Below, piece after piece: positions 27,993 through 37,388 of a stretch of 64,000 bases of DNA. Origin of the DNA: Gaiellaceae bacterium (GTDB taxonomy: Bacteria > Actinomycetota > Thermoleophilia > Gaiellales > Gaiellaceae); contig DATIBF010000053.1 of assembly GCA_035457655.1 (NCBI GenBank), forward strand, positions 23,182-87,181, in the 5' to 3' direction. The notes under the pieces were generated by a model. That model was not told the DNA's origin. It did not search any database and saw only the letters and a list, made by a program, of their open reading frames with translations. How positions within the stretch are numbered: the first letter of the stretch is position 1; every line of letters begins with the position of its first letter. The translations under genes were made by a program, and so were the position numbers.

Positions 27993-29090
27993 ATGAACGG
28001 CAACGGCAACGGGCGCGTCGTGGAGATCCTCGACCGGACACTCGCCGGCGAGCGGCTCGGCGACGCCGACGCGCTCGTCCTGCTTCGCAGCCGCGACCTG
28101 GTTCGCATCGGCAGGGCCGCCGACGAGCTCCGCAACCGCAAGGTCGACCCGAAGCGGGTGACCTTCATCATCGACCGCAACGTCAACTACACGAACATCT
28201 GCCACACGGACTGCGACTTCTGCGCCTTCTACCGGCGCCCGGGCGACCGCAAGGAGGGCTACCTGCTGCCCAAGCCCGTCATCTTCAAGAAGATCGAGGA
28301 GACGCTGGCCATCGGCGGCACGGCGCTCCTCATGCAGGGCGGCCACCATCCCGATCTCGGCGTCGACTTCTACGAGGATCTCTTCGGCTCGATCAAGGAG
28401 CGCTACCGCATCCACCTGCACGCGCTCTCGCCACCTGAGATCCAGCACATCGCGCGGCGCTCGAGACTCACGATCCCGGAGACACTGACCCGCCTGCGGG
28501 ACGCCGGGCTCGACTCGCTCCCCGGCGGCGGAGCCGAGATCCTCGTCGACCGGGTCCGCGACATCATCGCTCCCAAGAAGACGAAGTCGGCGGAGTGGCT
28601 CGGAGTCATGCGCGACGCGCACCGCCTCGGCGTCTCCTCGACGGCCACGATGATGTATGGGCACGTCGAGACCCTCGAGGAGCGGGTCGAGCACATGCGG
28701 CGGATCCGCGAGCTTCAGGACGAGACCGGCGGCTTCCGCGCCTTCATTTCCTGGACGTTCCAGCCGGCCGGCACCCGCCTCGCCGCCCGGGTCACCGACC
28801 ACCCGACCTCGTTCGACTACCTACTGACGCAGGCGGTCAGCCGCATCTACCTCGACAACGTCGACCACATCCAGTCGAGCTGGGTTACGCAGGGCATGAA
28901 GGTGGGACAGGTGGCGCTCGGGTTCGGCGCCGACGACATGGGCTCGGTGATGATCGAGGAGAACGTCGTCTCCGCGGCCGGGACGACGCACCGCGCGGAC
29001 ACCGACGACTTCGTCCGCGCGATCAAGGCGCTCGGCAAGGTTCCCGTCCAGCGCGACACGCTGTATCGCGACGTCAAGATCTGGGCCTAG
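27993..29090 (+). CDS. mqnC: Radical-SAM futalosine-pathway enzyme, most likely cyclic dehypoxanthinyl futalosine synthase MqnC
   Basis: NYTNICHTDCDFCAF, LLMQGGHHPDL, LSPPEIQH, TMMYGHVET, FISWTFQ and SWVTQG. It is adjacent to mqnA, as I recall for Thermus. Confidence 0.8.
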   Translation: MNGNGNGRVVEILDRTLAGERLGDADALVLLRSRDLVRIGRAADELRNRKVDPKRVTFIIDRNVNYTNICHTDCDFCAFYRRPGDRKEGYLLPKPVIFKKIEETLAIGGTALLMQGGHHPDLGVDFYEDLFGSIKERYRIHLHALSPPEIQHIARRSRLTIPETLTRLRDAGLDSLPGGGAEILVDRVRDIIAPKKTKSAEWLGVMRDAHRLGVSSTATMMYGHVETLEERVEHMRRIRELQDETGGFRAFISWTFQPAGTRLAARVTDHPTSFDYLLTQAVSRIYLDNVDHIQSSWVTQGMKVGQVALGFGADDMGSVMIEENVVSAAGTTHRADTDDFVRAIKALGKVPVQRDTLYRDVKIWA

Positions 29091-29134
29091 ACCCCTTCTA
29101 GGCCTCGGCGCAGGCTTGTCCACGGCCGAGGGCT

Positions 29135-30877
29135 GTGCTTACCTGTTCGCGGGTGCTGAAGAGGGGTCTTCCGTGCGCCGCGCTCGCGGCCGTCCTCGTG
29201 CTCCCGGCGACAGCGGGGGCGAGCGAGCTGCTGGTGCCCGGCGTCACCCATTCCCGTGAGCTCATCTTCAACGGGGGCCGCCCGGTCGTGCTCCACGTCG
29301 TGAGGGCGCCGCCTCCGAGCGATCTCTACCGCCTGCTCCCGGTCCGCGCTCGCGGGGGCGACGTTCGGCGCCAGACGGTGCCCTCGATGCAGCGGCGCCT
29401 CTCGCCGCGCGCCACGACCGTCGGCGTCAACGGCGGCTTCTTCAGGATCGAGACGGGTCACCCCACCGGCATCTTCATGCGCGACGGAGTGATCTCGGCC
29501 CCGCCGAGCCGGCGCCGATCGGCCCTGGCCTTGGGCCTGGACGGCAGGCTCCTGGTCGACCTGTTCGGCTTCGACTCCACGTGGCAGGCGGTCGGTGACC
29601 AGCCCCGCCGCCTGCACGACTTCAACCGACCTGTGGCGAACCTTCCGAAGGTTGGGCTCTTCACGAGGCCGTGGGGAGCGGCCACGCCCCGGGCGCGACG
29701 CGCCGTCGAGCTCGTGCTGGACGGTTTTCCGCCGGCGAGGCTCGGCGCGGATCTCACGGGGACCGTGGTGGCCGTCGAGCGTGGCGGACGCACACCGATC
29801 CCCACCGGGGGCGCAGTTCTGCAGGCGCGCAGGGACAAGCGTGAGCTCCTCCTCGCCTTGGGGCCGGTCGGAACGACGGTCACCGTGCGTCTTGGCGTGC
29901 CCGAGCTCTCGGCCGGGACGCTCGAAGCCCTGGGGGGCGGCCCGACCCTGGTCGAGAACGGCAGCGTCGTGCGCCAAGCCCGGCAGGGCTTCTCGTCCGG
30001 CCACACCCACGTTCGCCATCCGCGCACGGCGGTCGCCCAGCTGGCGAACGGCCGGCTGCTCTTCGTCGTCGCCGACGGCCGCAGCAGCCTAAGCCACGGC
30101 CTGACGACCCGCGCGCTGGCGACGATCCTCGCCAACCGCGGCGCGGTGACCGCGATCAGCCTCGACGGGGGCGGGTCGTCGACGATCGCCTTCGACGGCG
30201 GCGTGCTGAACGTCCCCTCGGACGGGAAGCCTCGCCGCGTGGCCAACGGGCTCTTTCTCCACTACTACGGCATCTACGCGCCGGCAGCCAACGGAACGGT
30301 GCTCTCGCCCAACGGGGACGGCGTCGGAGACCGGAAGACGCTCACCGCGAAGATCGTGAGGAGATCCGAAGTCCGCCTGCGGCTGCGCCGCCCGGACGGC
30401 TCGGTGGCCTGGAGCAGTCAAGCGGTGGAGGAGCCGGGCTGGCTCAGGCGCACGGTCTCCAGCCCGGGAATGGCCGAGGGTCTCTGGCGATGGGAGGTCC
30501 AGGCCGTTGAGAGCGGGACGGGGCGGGTGACCGAGATGCAGCGGGCCTTTCGAGTGAACAAGACGATCGGCCACCTGCGCCTCTCCCGTCAGCGGATGTG
30601 GGTCAAGCCGCGCCGTGGCGGTCGGCTGGGCGTCTCGGTCGTTCTCACCCGCCGCGCACGGCTCCAGGTGCTGGTCCTCGGCCCAGGCGGGAAGGTCCGC
30701 CGGGCGCTCTTCCGTGGGGAGCGCGGTCCCGGCGACCACTCCTGGCGCTGGAACGGGAAGACCGGCGCCGGCAAGGTCGTCGACCCGGGGACCTATGCGG
30801 TGCGCGTCACCGCCCGCAACCAGCTCGGGGCCGTGACTCTCCGCCGCTCGTTCCGGGTTCTCCACACCGGCGGGTAG
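29135..30877 (+). CDS. Secreted phosphodiester glycosidase (DUF2233/NAGPA-like) protein with C-terminal FlgD-Ig-like repeats
   Basis: Signal AALAAVLVLPATAGA. GVNGGFF, GGGPTLVENG, HPRTAVAQLANGRLLFVVADGRS and AISLDGGGSST. The C-terminus has GDGVGD...VRLRLRRPDG and GKVVDPGTYAVRVTA. Confidence 0.85.
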   Translation: MLTCSRVLKRGLPCAALAAVLVLPATAGASELLVPGVTHSRELIFNGGRPVVLHVVRAPPPSDLYRLLPVRARGGDVRRQTVPSMQRRLSPRATTVGVNGGFFRIETGHPTGIFMRDGVISAPPSRRRSALALGLDGRLLVDLFGFDSTWQAVGDQPRRLHDFNRPVANLPKVGLFTRPWGAATPRARRAVELVLDGFPPARLGADLTGTVVAVERGGRTPIPTGGAVLQARRDKRELLLALGPVGTTVTVRLGVPELSAGTLEALGGGPTLVENGSVVRQARQGFSSGHTHVRHPRTAVAQLANGRLLFVVADGRSSLSHGLTTRALATILANRGAVTAISLDGGGSSTIAFDGGVLNVPSDGKPRRVANGLFLHYYGIYAPAANGTVLSPNGDGVGDRKTLTAKIVRRSEVRLRLRRPDGSVAWSSQAVEEPGWLRRTVSSPGMAEGLWRWEVQAVESGTGRVTEMQRAFRVNKTIGHLRLSRQRMWVKPRRGGRLGVSVVLTRRARLQVLVLGPGGKVRRALFRGERGPGDHSWRWNGKTGAGKVVDPGTYAVRVTARNQLGAVTLRRSFRVLHTGG

Positions 30878-30887
30878 AGTCCTTTCG

Positions 30888-31577
30888 GTGCACGCGATCA
30901 CCGAGGCCGTCACCGGCGTCATCGGGGACTACGGCCTCTACGCCGTGTTCCTCCTCATGTTCGTCGATGCGATCCTGCCCGCCGCCAGCGAGCTCGTGAT
31001 GGTCTACGGGGGCGCGGTGGCCGCCGGGGCGTTCGCCGGCTCGGAGGTCACGGTCTTCGGAAGCGAGCTCGAGTCGACGGCATGGGCCTACGTGGCCATC
31101 GCGCTGGCCGGCACGATCGGGTACACGCTCGGCTCGATCCTCGGCTGGGCGATCGGACTGTACGGCGGCAGGCCCTATCTCGAGCGGCACGGGCGCTGGC
31201 TCCACGTCACGCCGGAGAAGCTCGACAAGACGGACGAGTGGTTCGAGCGCTACGGGGACGCGACCGTCTTCGTCACGCGCATGCTTCCCGTCGTCCGCTC
31301 GTTCGTTTCCATCCCCGCGGGCATCGGCGAGATGCCGCTCGTCCGCTACACCGTTCTCACCTTCCTGGGAACGCTTCCCTGGTGCTTCGGCCTCGCAGCG
31401 GTTGGAGTCGCCCTCGGCAGCCAGTGGGAGGAGTTCCACGCGAGCTTCAGGTACGCGGACTACGCGATCGTCGCCCTCGTCGTCGCCGGAATCGCCGCCC
31501 TCGTATACCGGACGCATCGCCGGCGCACGCGCAGGCGCGCCGTGGAGGAGCGGTCCGCCGAAGGGACCGGGCGCTAG
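30888..31577 (+). CDS. DedA-family membrane protein
   Basis: FLLMFVDAILPAASELVMVYGG, GRPYLERHG and VFVTRMLPVVRSFVSIPAGIGEMP. Confidence 0.9.
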   Translation: MHAITEAVTGVIGDYGLYAVFLLMFVDAILPAASELVMVYGGAVAAGAFAGSEVTVFGSELESTAWAYVAIALAGTIGYTLGSILGWAIGLYGGRPYLERHGRWLHVTPEKLDKTDEWFERYGDATVFVTRMLPVVRSFVSIPAGIGEMPLVRYTVLTFLGTLPWCFGLAAVGVALGSQWEEFHASFRYADYAIVALVVAGIAALVYRTHRRRTRRRAVEERSAEGTGR

Positions 31578-31609
31578 AATCGCCCGGCGTGCCTGCCGGA
31601 GCGAGGCCG

Positions 31610-32713
31610 ATGCGCATCCCCCACGTCGACGTCAAGGCGCAGTACGCGCCGCTCCTCGGCGAGCTCAAGGAGCGCCTCGCAGCCGTGCTCGACTCGGGTC
31701 AGTTCGTGCTCGGGCCCGAGGTGCGCGCCTTCGAGGAGGAGGCCGCGGCCTTCCTGGGGGTGCGAGAGTCCGTCGGGGTCGCCAACGGGACGGACGCGCT
31801 CGAGCTCGTCCTCGCGGCGATCGGAGTCGGTGCCGGCGACGAGGTCGTCTGCCCTGCCTTTACGTTCTATGCCACGGCAGAGGCGATCTCGAGGGTCGGC
31901 GCGACGCCCGTCTTCTGCGACGTCGACCCCGCCACCCTGAACCTCGACCCCGCCGATGTCGCCGCGAGGATGACCGGCCGGACACGCGCGATCGTCGCCG
32001 TCCACCTCTTCGGCCGCCCGGTGCCGCTCGCCGAGCTTCCGGCAGACGTCCCCGTCGTCGAGGACGCCGCGCAGGCCTTCGGCGCCACCGTGGCCGACCG
32101 ACGCGCCGGCTCGGTGGGTGTGGCGGGAACATTCAGTTTCTTCCCGACGAAGAACCTGTTCGGTCTCGGCGACGGCGGCCTCGTCGTCTCGAATGACGCC
32201 GAGCTCGCCGCGCGCGTCCGCCTCCTCCGCTTCCACGGCTCGCGCGACAAGGAGCGCTTCGAGGCCGTCGGCATGAACTCCCGCCTCGACGAGATCCAGG
32301 CTGCGGCGCTGCGCCTCTTCCTCGGTCACGTGGACGGCTGGAACGCGGCCCGTCGCGAGGCAGCCGCCCGCTACGCGGAGCTGGGCCTGGGGCGGCACTG
32401 CGTGCTCCCGGCGGACGAGCCCGGCCACGTCTACCACATGTACGTCGTGCGCTCGCCGCAGCGCGACCGCGTGGCGGAGGCGCTGCAGGCAGCCGGGATC
32501 GGCCACGCGACGTACTACCGGACGCCGCTCCACCTGCAGCCGGTCTACGCGGGTCTCTCCTACGGGCCAGGTAGCCTGCCGGAGACAGAGCGCGCCGCGC
32601 GTGAGACGATCGCCCTCCCTCTCTGGGCCGGGATCTCCGCGGCACAGCAGGAGGAGGTAGTGGCCACGATCAGAGGAGCGACAGAGACGGGAGCGGCGCG
32701 TGAGGTTGCCTAG
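31610..32713 (+). CDS. DegT/DnrJ/EryC1/StrS-family sugar aminotransferase
   Basis: FVLGPEVRAFEEEAAAFLGV, VANGTDALEL, AVHLFG, SFFPTKNL and GMNSRLDEIQAA. ATG 31610 lies within listed ORF 31082. Confidence 0.9.
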   Translation: MRIPHVDVKAQYAPLLGELKERLAAVLDSGQFVLGPEVRAFEEEAAAFLGVRESVGVANGTDALELVLAAIGVGAGDEVVCPAFTFYATAEAISRVGATPVFCDVDPATLNLDPADVAARMTGRTRAIVAVHLFGRPVPLAELPADVPVVEDAAQAFGATVADRRAGSVGVAGTFSFFPTKNLFGLGDGGLVVSNDAELAARVRLLRFHGSRDKERFEAVGMNSRLDEIQAAALRLFLGHVDGWNAARREAAARYAELGLGRHCVLPADEPGHVYHMYVVRSPQRDRVAEALQAAGIGHATYYRTPLHLQPVYAGLSYGPGSLPETERAARETIALPLWAGISAAQQEEVVATIRGATETGAAREVA

Positions 32714-34580
32714 CCGCCACCGGATCTGGCAGATCGCCGCCGACGCGGCGCTCCTCGCCATCGCCTGGTATCTCGCCTTCCAGGTGCGCTTCGACGAGGG
32801 CGTCCCGACGCGCTACGACCAGTTCCTCTCGCTGGGCGTCTTCGCGGTCGTCGTCGGCGCCCAGCTTGCGGTCTTCGTCCTCTTCGGCCTCTATCAGCAC
32901 TGGTGGCGATACGTGTCCATCAGGGACATGTGGCGGGCCATCCTTGCGGTCACGGTCGGCTCGATCGGCGTCCTCGTCGTCCTCTATCTGTGGCGGCCCG
33001 TGGACGGGCTTAGCGTGCCCCGGGGGGTCGTCGCGATCGACTGGCTCTTCGCGCTCGCGTTCATCACGGGAGCACGGCTCCTCGTGCGGACGCTCATCGA
33101 GCGGCCGGGAAGGGGACGGTTCGTGGCCCGCGGCAAGGAGGCGCTGATCGTCGGCGCCGGCGACGCGGGCCAGCTCGTCATTCGCGAGATGCTGAAGACG
33201 CCTCGGCTCGGTTACACGCCGATCGGGCTCGTCGACGACGATCCGCGCAAGCGGAACATGCGCCTGCACGGGGTGCGCGTCCTCGGCACGACGGAGCAGC
33301 TGCCGCGACTGCTCGTCGACAATCGACCCGACGAGGTGATCATCGCCATTCCGTCCGGGGCGGGCGCGGTCCGCCAGAACGTCGTCAACGCCTGCCGCGA
33401 CGCCGGCGTCCCCGTGAAGACGCTGCCGGGGGTGCACGAGCTGATCACCGGCGACCTCAACCTCTCCCGGCAGCTCCGCGAGGTCCAGGTGGAGGACGTC
33501 CTCGGACGCGAGGCGGTCGAGCTCGACATGCCCTCGATCGCCTCCTACATCTCGGGCGCGACCGTGCTCGTGACGGGCGCGGGCGGCTCCATCGGCTCCG
33601 AGCTCTGTCGGCAGGTGGCGGCGCTCGGCGCCGAGCAGATCGTCCTCGTCGACCACTCCGAGAACGCTCTCGTGCAGATCGACCACGAGCTGCAGCACGA
33701 GCGCGGCTACCTGGCGACGGTACCGGCGCTCGCCGACGTCAAGGAGCCCGCAAAGATCGGCCGGCTCTTCGAGCGCCATCGGCCGGCGGTCGTCTTCCAT
33801 GCCGCCGCCTACAAGCACGTCCCGCTCATGGAGGCCAACCCGCTCGAGTCGATCCGCAACAACGTGCTCGGGACCAAGGTGTTGGCCGAGCTGGCCGCCG
33901 AGCACGGGACGAAGCGGTTCGTCCTCGTCTCGACGGACAAGGCGGTGCGACCGAAGAACGTCCTCGGGCAGACGAAGGCGATCTGCGAGTGGCTCGTTGC
34001 GGCCGCCGCGGCCAGGGACGGCAACGGGACGTCGTTCATCGCGGTCCGCTTCGGCAACGTGCTGGCCTCGTCGGGCAGCGTGATCCCGCTCTTCCGCCGG
34101 CAGATCGCCCTGGGCGGGCCGGTAACGGTCACCGATCCGGCGATGGAGCGCTACTTCATGACCATCCCGGAGGCGGTACAGCTCGTCGTCCAGGCCGGTG
34201 CCCTCGGGGAGAGCGGGGACATCTTCGTGCTCGACATGGGCGAGCCGGTGAAGATCATCGACCTCGCGCACAACATGATCCGCCTCTCCGGCAAGGAGCC
34301 GGACCGGGACGTTCCGGTCGAGTTCATCGGCGCCCGCCCGGGCGAGAAGCTCAAGGAGGAGCTCTGGGGAGACGGTGAGGTCGCGGTCCCGACCTCGCAC
34401 CCGAAGATCCTCCGCGCGGCCTGCCCGCCCGTCGACCCCGCGTGGCTCGAGGAGGAGGTCGCCGAGCTCGAGCGCCTCGTCGAGGCGGGCGAGACCGTCG
34501 AGGTCGTCGCGCGTCTGGGGGAGATGGTCGCAACGCCGCGCCGGGTGCAGGGGCCGACGGCCGAGGCCGCTCGGGCCTAG
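32700..34580 (+). CDS. Membrane-anchored nucleotide-sugar 4,6-dehydratase/epimerase (CapD/PglF/WbpM-like)
   Basis: Four N-terminal TM helices, then IVGAGDAGQ, VLVTGAGGSIGSELCRQ, FHAAAYKHVP and STDKAVRPKNVLG. Confidence 0.9.
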   Translation: MRLPSRHRIWQIAADAALLAIAWYLAFQVRFDEGVPTRYDQFLSLGVFAVVVGAQLAVFVLFGLYQHWWRYVSIRDMWRAILAVTVGSIGVLVVLYLWRPVDGLSVPRGVVAIDWLFALAFITGARLLVRTLIERPGRGRFVARGKEALIVGAGDAGQLVIREMLKTPRLGYTPIGLVDDDPRKRNMRLHGVRVLGTTEQLPRLLVDNRPDEVIIAIPSGAGAVRQNVVNACRDAGVPVKTLPGVHELITGDLNLSRQLREVQVEDVLGREAVELDMPSIASYISGATVLVTGAGGSIGSELCRQVAALGAEQIVLVDHSENALVQIDHELQHERGYLATVPALADVKEPAKIGRLFERHRPAVVFHAAAYKHVPLMEANPLESIRNNVLGTKVLAELAAEHGTKRFVLVSTDKAVRPKNVLGQTKAICEWLVAAAAARDGNGTSFIAVRFGNVLASSGSVIPLFRRQIALGGPVTVTDPAMERYFMTIPEAVQLVVQAGALGESGDIFVLDMGEPVKIIDLAHNMIRLSGKEPDRDVPVEFIGARPGEKLKEELWGDGEVAVPTSHPKILRAACPPVDPAWLEEEVAELERLVEAGETVEVVARLGEMVATPRRVQGPTAEAARA

Positions 34581-34635
34581 ACCTGGGCCCACGCATCTGG
34601 TAGACCCTCGTCGGCCACGACTTAGGGGAGAAGAT

Positions 34636-36399
34636 ATGAGAAGACGCACGTTCTTTGCATGTGCGGCGCTCGCAGTGGGGATCTCAGTCTCGGCGGCTGC
34701 CGCGGTCGCAAGCGGCGGCGACAGTGGTTTCACGACGGCGCAGCCCTCGATGCTGACCGCCGTCAAGCCGGGGGTGGAGATCACGCCGCTCCTGACTGTC
34801 GGGGACGTCCTACCGAGCGGCTTTCGCTTCGAGGCCATTCCGGACGGGATCTCCGTGCGAACCCGAGGTCAGGGCAGAGTGGACCTCTTCGTGAACCACG
34901 AAACGAGCAAGGTGCCGTTCCCGTACAACGCGACGGCGCCCACGGCGGCCAACGGGGAGAACGACTTCGACAACGCGCAGGTGAGCCGGCTGATTCTCAA
35001 CCAACAGTCGGCGGGGGTGCTCAACGGCTCCTTCGTCATCGCGAGCAGGTCCGGCTACCAGCGCTTTTGCTCCAACTATCTCGCCACGGCGAAGGAGGGG
35101 TTCGACCGAGAGATCCTGTTCACGAACGAAGAGTCGCCGGACTACGTGTACCGGCAGGAGGCATCCTGGCCGCCGACCTCCGGGGACCCGGCGGAGGAGG
35201 AGGCCGGTCTCACAGTTGCGCTTGACGTGAGAACGGGCAAGCATCGCCCGATCTACGGGATGGGGAGGCACAACCACGAGAACAACGTCGCGATCCCGGG
35301 GTACGGGCACCCGGTGGTGTTCTCGGGTGACGACACATTCACGAGCGGACCGCTCACGGACCCGCTCAGCCCGCCCGCGAAGCTCGCACCCGCTCAGTCG
35401 CAGCTCTACTCCTACATCGCGCCCAGCACGGACGGGCTGCTGGCCGACGAAGGAGACCTCTGGGCCTTCGTCTCCGACACGCCGGGCGTTAGGAACTACT
35501 ACGACGTCGCCCCCGGCTCGGGAACCGAAGTCACCGGACACTTCATCAAGGTGCCGAAGGACATCGCCACCGGCAAGAATCCGGACGGTTCGGAGTTGAA
35601 GGCAGCAGACAAGGGTTACCCGCTTCCCCCGACCGACGGCAGCTGGCAACTCGACCTTCGCTTCGCGACCACCCCCCCGGGTCCCGGCATCGACGGCCCG
35701 CAGTGGGTGCTCGAGTACTGGAGCGACCTCAACAACGTGTTCCAGTTCGTCCGCGTCGAGGACATCGCCTACGACAAGCGGCCCGGCATGGGGAACGTCG
35801 TCTATATCGTCGACTCGGGCCGAGGCCGAACTGCCGCGCAGAGCCTCGACACGAACTTCAGGTCGACGAACGGTCGCGTGTGGAAGATGGTGCTCGACAA
35901 GGATGACCCGACGAAGGTCGCGTCCCTGACCGTGCTCGTCGAGGGAGACGACAATCCGGTCAAGACGCCGACCGAGATCCATCAGCCGGACAACCTCGAG
36001 TCGACCCCGACCGGGCTGGTCGTGACGGAGGATCCCGGGTCGAGCCAGCAGTTCCCGTTCGGCTCCACGGATCCCGCTGCGACGACGGCCCGCCTCTGGT
36101 ACGTCCCGTTCTTGGGTACGCCCGAGGTGGTCGCCAAGGTCGATCAGTCCGCCGACGGGCCGAACGGCCCCACCGACGTCGATGGCCGGCCGCCCGGAAA
36201 TCTTGGTGCATGGGAGTCGAGCGGGATCGTCGACGCCTCTGCCGCGTTTGGTCCCGGTGCGTTCCTGATCGACGTCCAGGCGCACACGCTCTGGGTGGAG
36301 AGGGCACCGGGTGACGACAACAACGGGGACGGTCAGCCCGACTTCACGTACAAGCGTGAAGGCGGGCAGCTGGCCCTGATCCGCATCCCCGGGATCTAG
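34636..36399 (+). CDS. Secreted PhoX/DUF839-like beta-propeller protein (function tentative)
   Basis: SD GGGGAG and a signal peptide. IPDGISV...VDLFVNHE, FCSNYL...ILFTNEE, FVRVEDIAYD, QPDNLESTPTGLVVTEDPG and WESSGIVD...FLIDVQAH follow the motif order I associate with PhoX-type phosphatases. Confidence 0.7.
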   Translation: MRRRTFFACAALAVGISVSAAAAVASGGDSGFTTAQPSMLTAVKPGVEITPLLTVGDVLPSGFRFEAIPDGISVRTRGQGRVDLFVNHETSKVPFPYNATAPTAANGENDFDNAQVSRLILNQQSAGVLNGSFVIASRSGYQRFCSNYLATAKEGFDREILFTNEESPDYVYRQEASWPPTSGDPAEEEAGLTVALDVRTGKHRPIYGMGRHNHENNVAIPGYGHPVVFSGDDTFTSGPLTDPLSPPAKLAPAQSQLYSYIAPSTDGLLADEGDLWAFVSDTPGVRNYYDVAPGSGTEVTGHFIKVPKDIATGKNPDGSELKAADKGYPLPPTDGSWQLDLRFATTPPGPGIDGPQWVLEYWSDLNNVFQFVRVEDIAYDKRPGMGNVVYIVDSGRGRTAAQSLDTNFRSTNGRVWKMVLDKDDPTKVASLTVLVEGDDNPVKTPTEIHQPDNLESTPTGLVVTEDPGSSQQFPFGSTDPAATTARLWYVPFLGTPEVVAKVDQSADGPNGPTDVDGRPPGNLGAWESSGIVDASAAFGPGAFLIDVQAHTLWVERAPGDDNNGDGQPDFTYKREGGQLALIRIPGI

Positions 36400-36413
36400 C
36401 TCGCCTACGAGAA

Positions 36414-36442
36414 ACGGGGGGCGTCCTCGCGGCGCCCCCCGT
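36414..36442 (+). terminator. GC hairpin after the PhoX-like gene (10-bp stem ACGGGGGGCG/CGCCCCCCGT, 9-nt loop)
   Basis: Starts 15 nt after the TAG stop at 36397-36399. No U-tract. Confidence 0.5.
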
Positions 36443-36477
36443 CCCACGTCGGCGCGGCGCGCTCGATTTCTCCCTCG

Positions 36478-36485
36478 TATAAGCT
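36478..36485 (+). promoter_or_regulatory. -10-like TATAAGCT immediately upstream of the LysR-type gene start (leaderless-type arrangement)
   Basis: TATAAG and TAAGCT end 8 and 6 nt before ATG 36492. No SD is present. Confidence 0.3.
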
Positions 36486-36491
36486 GTGCTT

Positions 36492-37388
36492 ATGGATACG
36501 CGCCAGCTGGCGATGTTCTGCGCGGTCGTCGAGCGCGAGAGCTTCTCCCAGGCGGCCGAGCGGCTCGGCGTGACGCAGCCCGCGGTGAGCCTCCAGGTGC
36601 GGGCCCTCGAGGAGCGGCTGGAAGTCAAGCTGCTCGACCGTTCCGGCCGGCGCGTCGAGCCGACCGAGGCCGGACGGCGGCTGTACCGAAACGCGCAACG
36701 GCTTCTGCAGGTCGAGGAGCAGCTGATCGAGGACGTCGCCGGCGCCGAAGGTGGCCTCCTCACGGGGACACTGGCAATCGGGGCCTCGACGGGCCCCGGC
36801 GCCCATCTCGTACCGCTCCTCCTCTGCGAGTTCCAGCGGGAGCACACCGAGCTCCGGGTCTCGCTCTCCGTCTGGGACACGCAGGCGGTGATCGAGCGCG
36901 TCGCCGATCGAGACGTCGAGCTCGGGGTCGTGGGCGCCGCCAGGCGGCACCGCTCGCTCGTCTTCGAGCCGCTTGCTCGCGACGAGATCGTCCTGGCGGT
37001 GCCCCCAGGGCACCCGGCGGCGGGCGGCGACATCGCCGTCGACGACCTGCGGGCGGAGACGCTTGTCGTCATGCAGGAGGGCGCCGGCGTGCGGCACGTG
37101 GTCGAGGAGGAGCTGCGCCGGGCCGGGCTTCGGCTCCGCGGCCTCGACCCGCGGCTGGAGCTGGGGCTGCAGGAGTCGGTGAAGAGCGCCGTCGCGGCCG
37201 GGTACGGCGTCGCGTTCATCTCGCGCACTGCGATCGAGGGCGAGCTCGCGGCAGGCACGCTCGGCTTCGCGCGGGTCACGGGGCTCGAGCCGTCGCGACA
37301 GCTCTATGTCGTCCGGCCGAAAGGTCGCTCGCCGACGCGCGCTGCCGGGGCCTTTCTGGAGTTCGCCCGTGCGCGGGTCGCCGCGTGA
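36492..37388 (+). CDS. LysR-family transcriptional regulator
   Basis: MDTRQLAMFCAVVERESFSQAAERLGVTQPAVSLQVRALEERLEVKLLDR (wHTH) followed by a substrate-binding domain. GTG 36486 is an alternative start. Confidence 0.9.
   Translation: MDTRQLAMFCAVVERESFSQAAERLGVTQPAVSLQVRALEERLEVKLLDRSGRRVEPTEAGRRLYRNAQRLLQVEEQLIEDVAGAEGGLLTGTLAIGASTGPGAHLVPLLLCEFQREHTELRVSLSVWDTQAVIERVADRDVELGVVGAARRHRSLVFEPLARDEIVLAVPPGHPAAGGDIAVDDLRAETLVVMQEGAGVRHVVEEELRRAGLRLRGLDPRLELGLQESVKSAVAAGYGVAFISRTAIEGELAAGTLGFARVTGLEPSRQLYVVRPKGRSPTRAAGAFLEFARARVAA

Noticed and set aside
29103-29131. A 7-bp stem with a 15-nt loop after mqnC, considered as a terminator.
   Set aside because: The stem is short, the loop is large and there is no U-tract. 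It is not distinguishable from chance pairing in GC-rich DNA.
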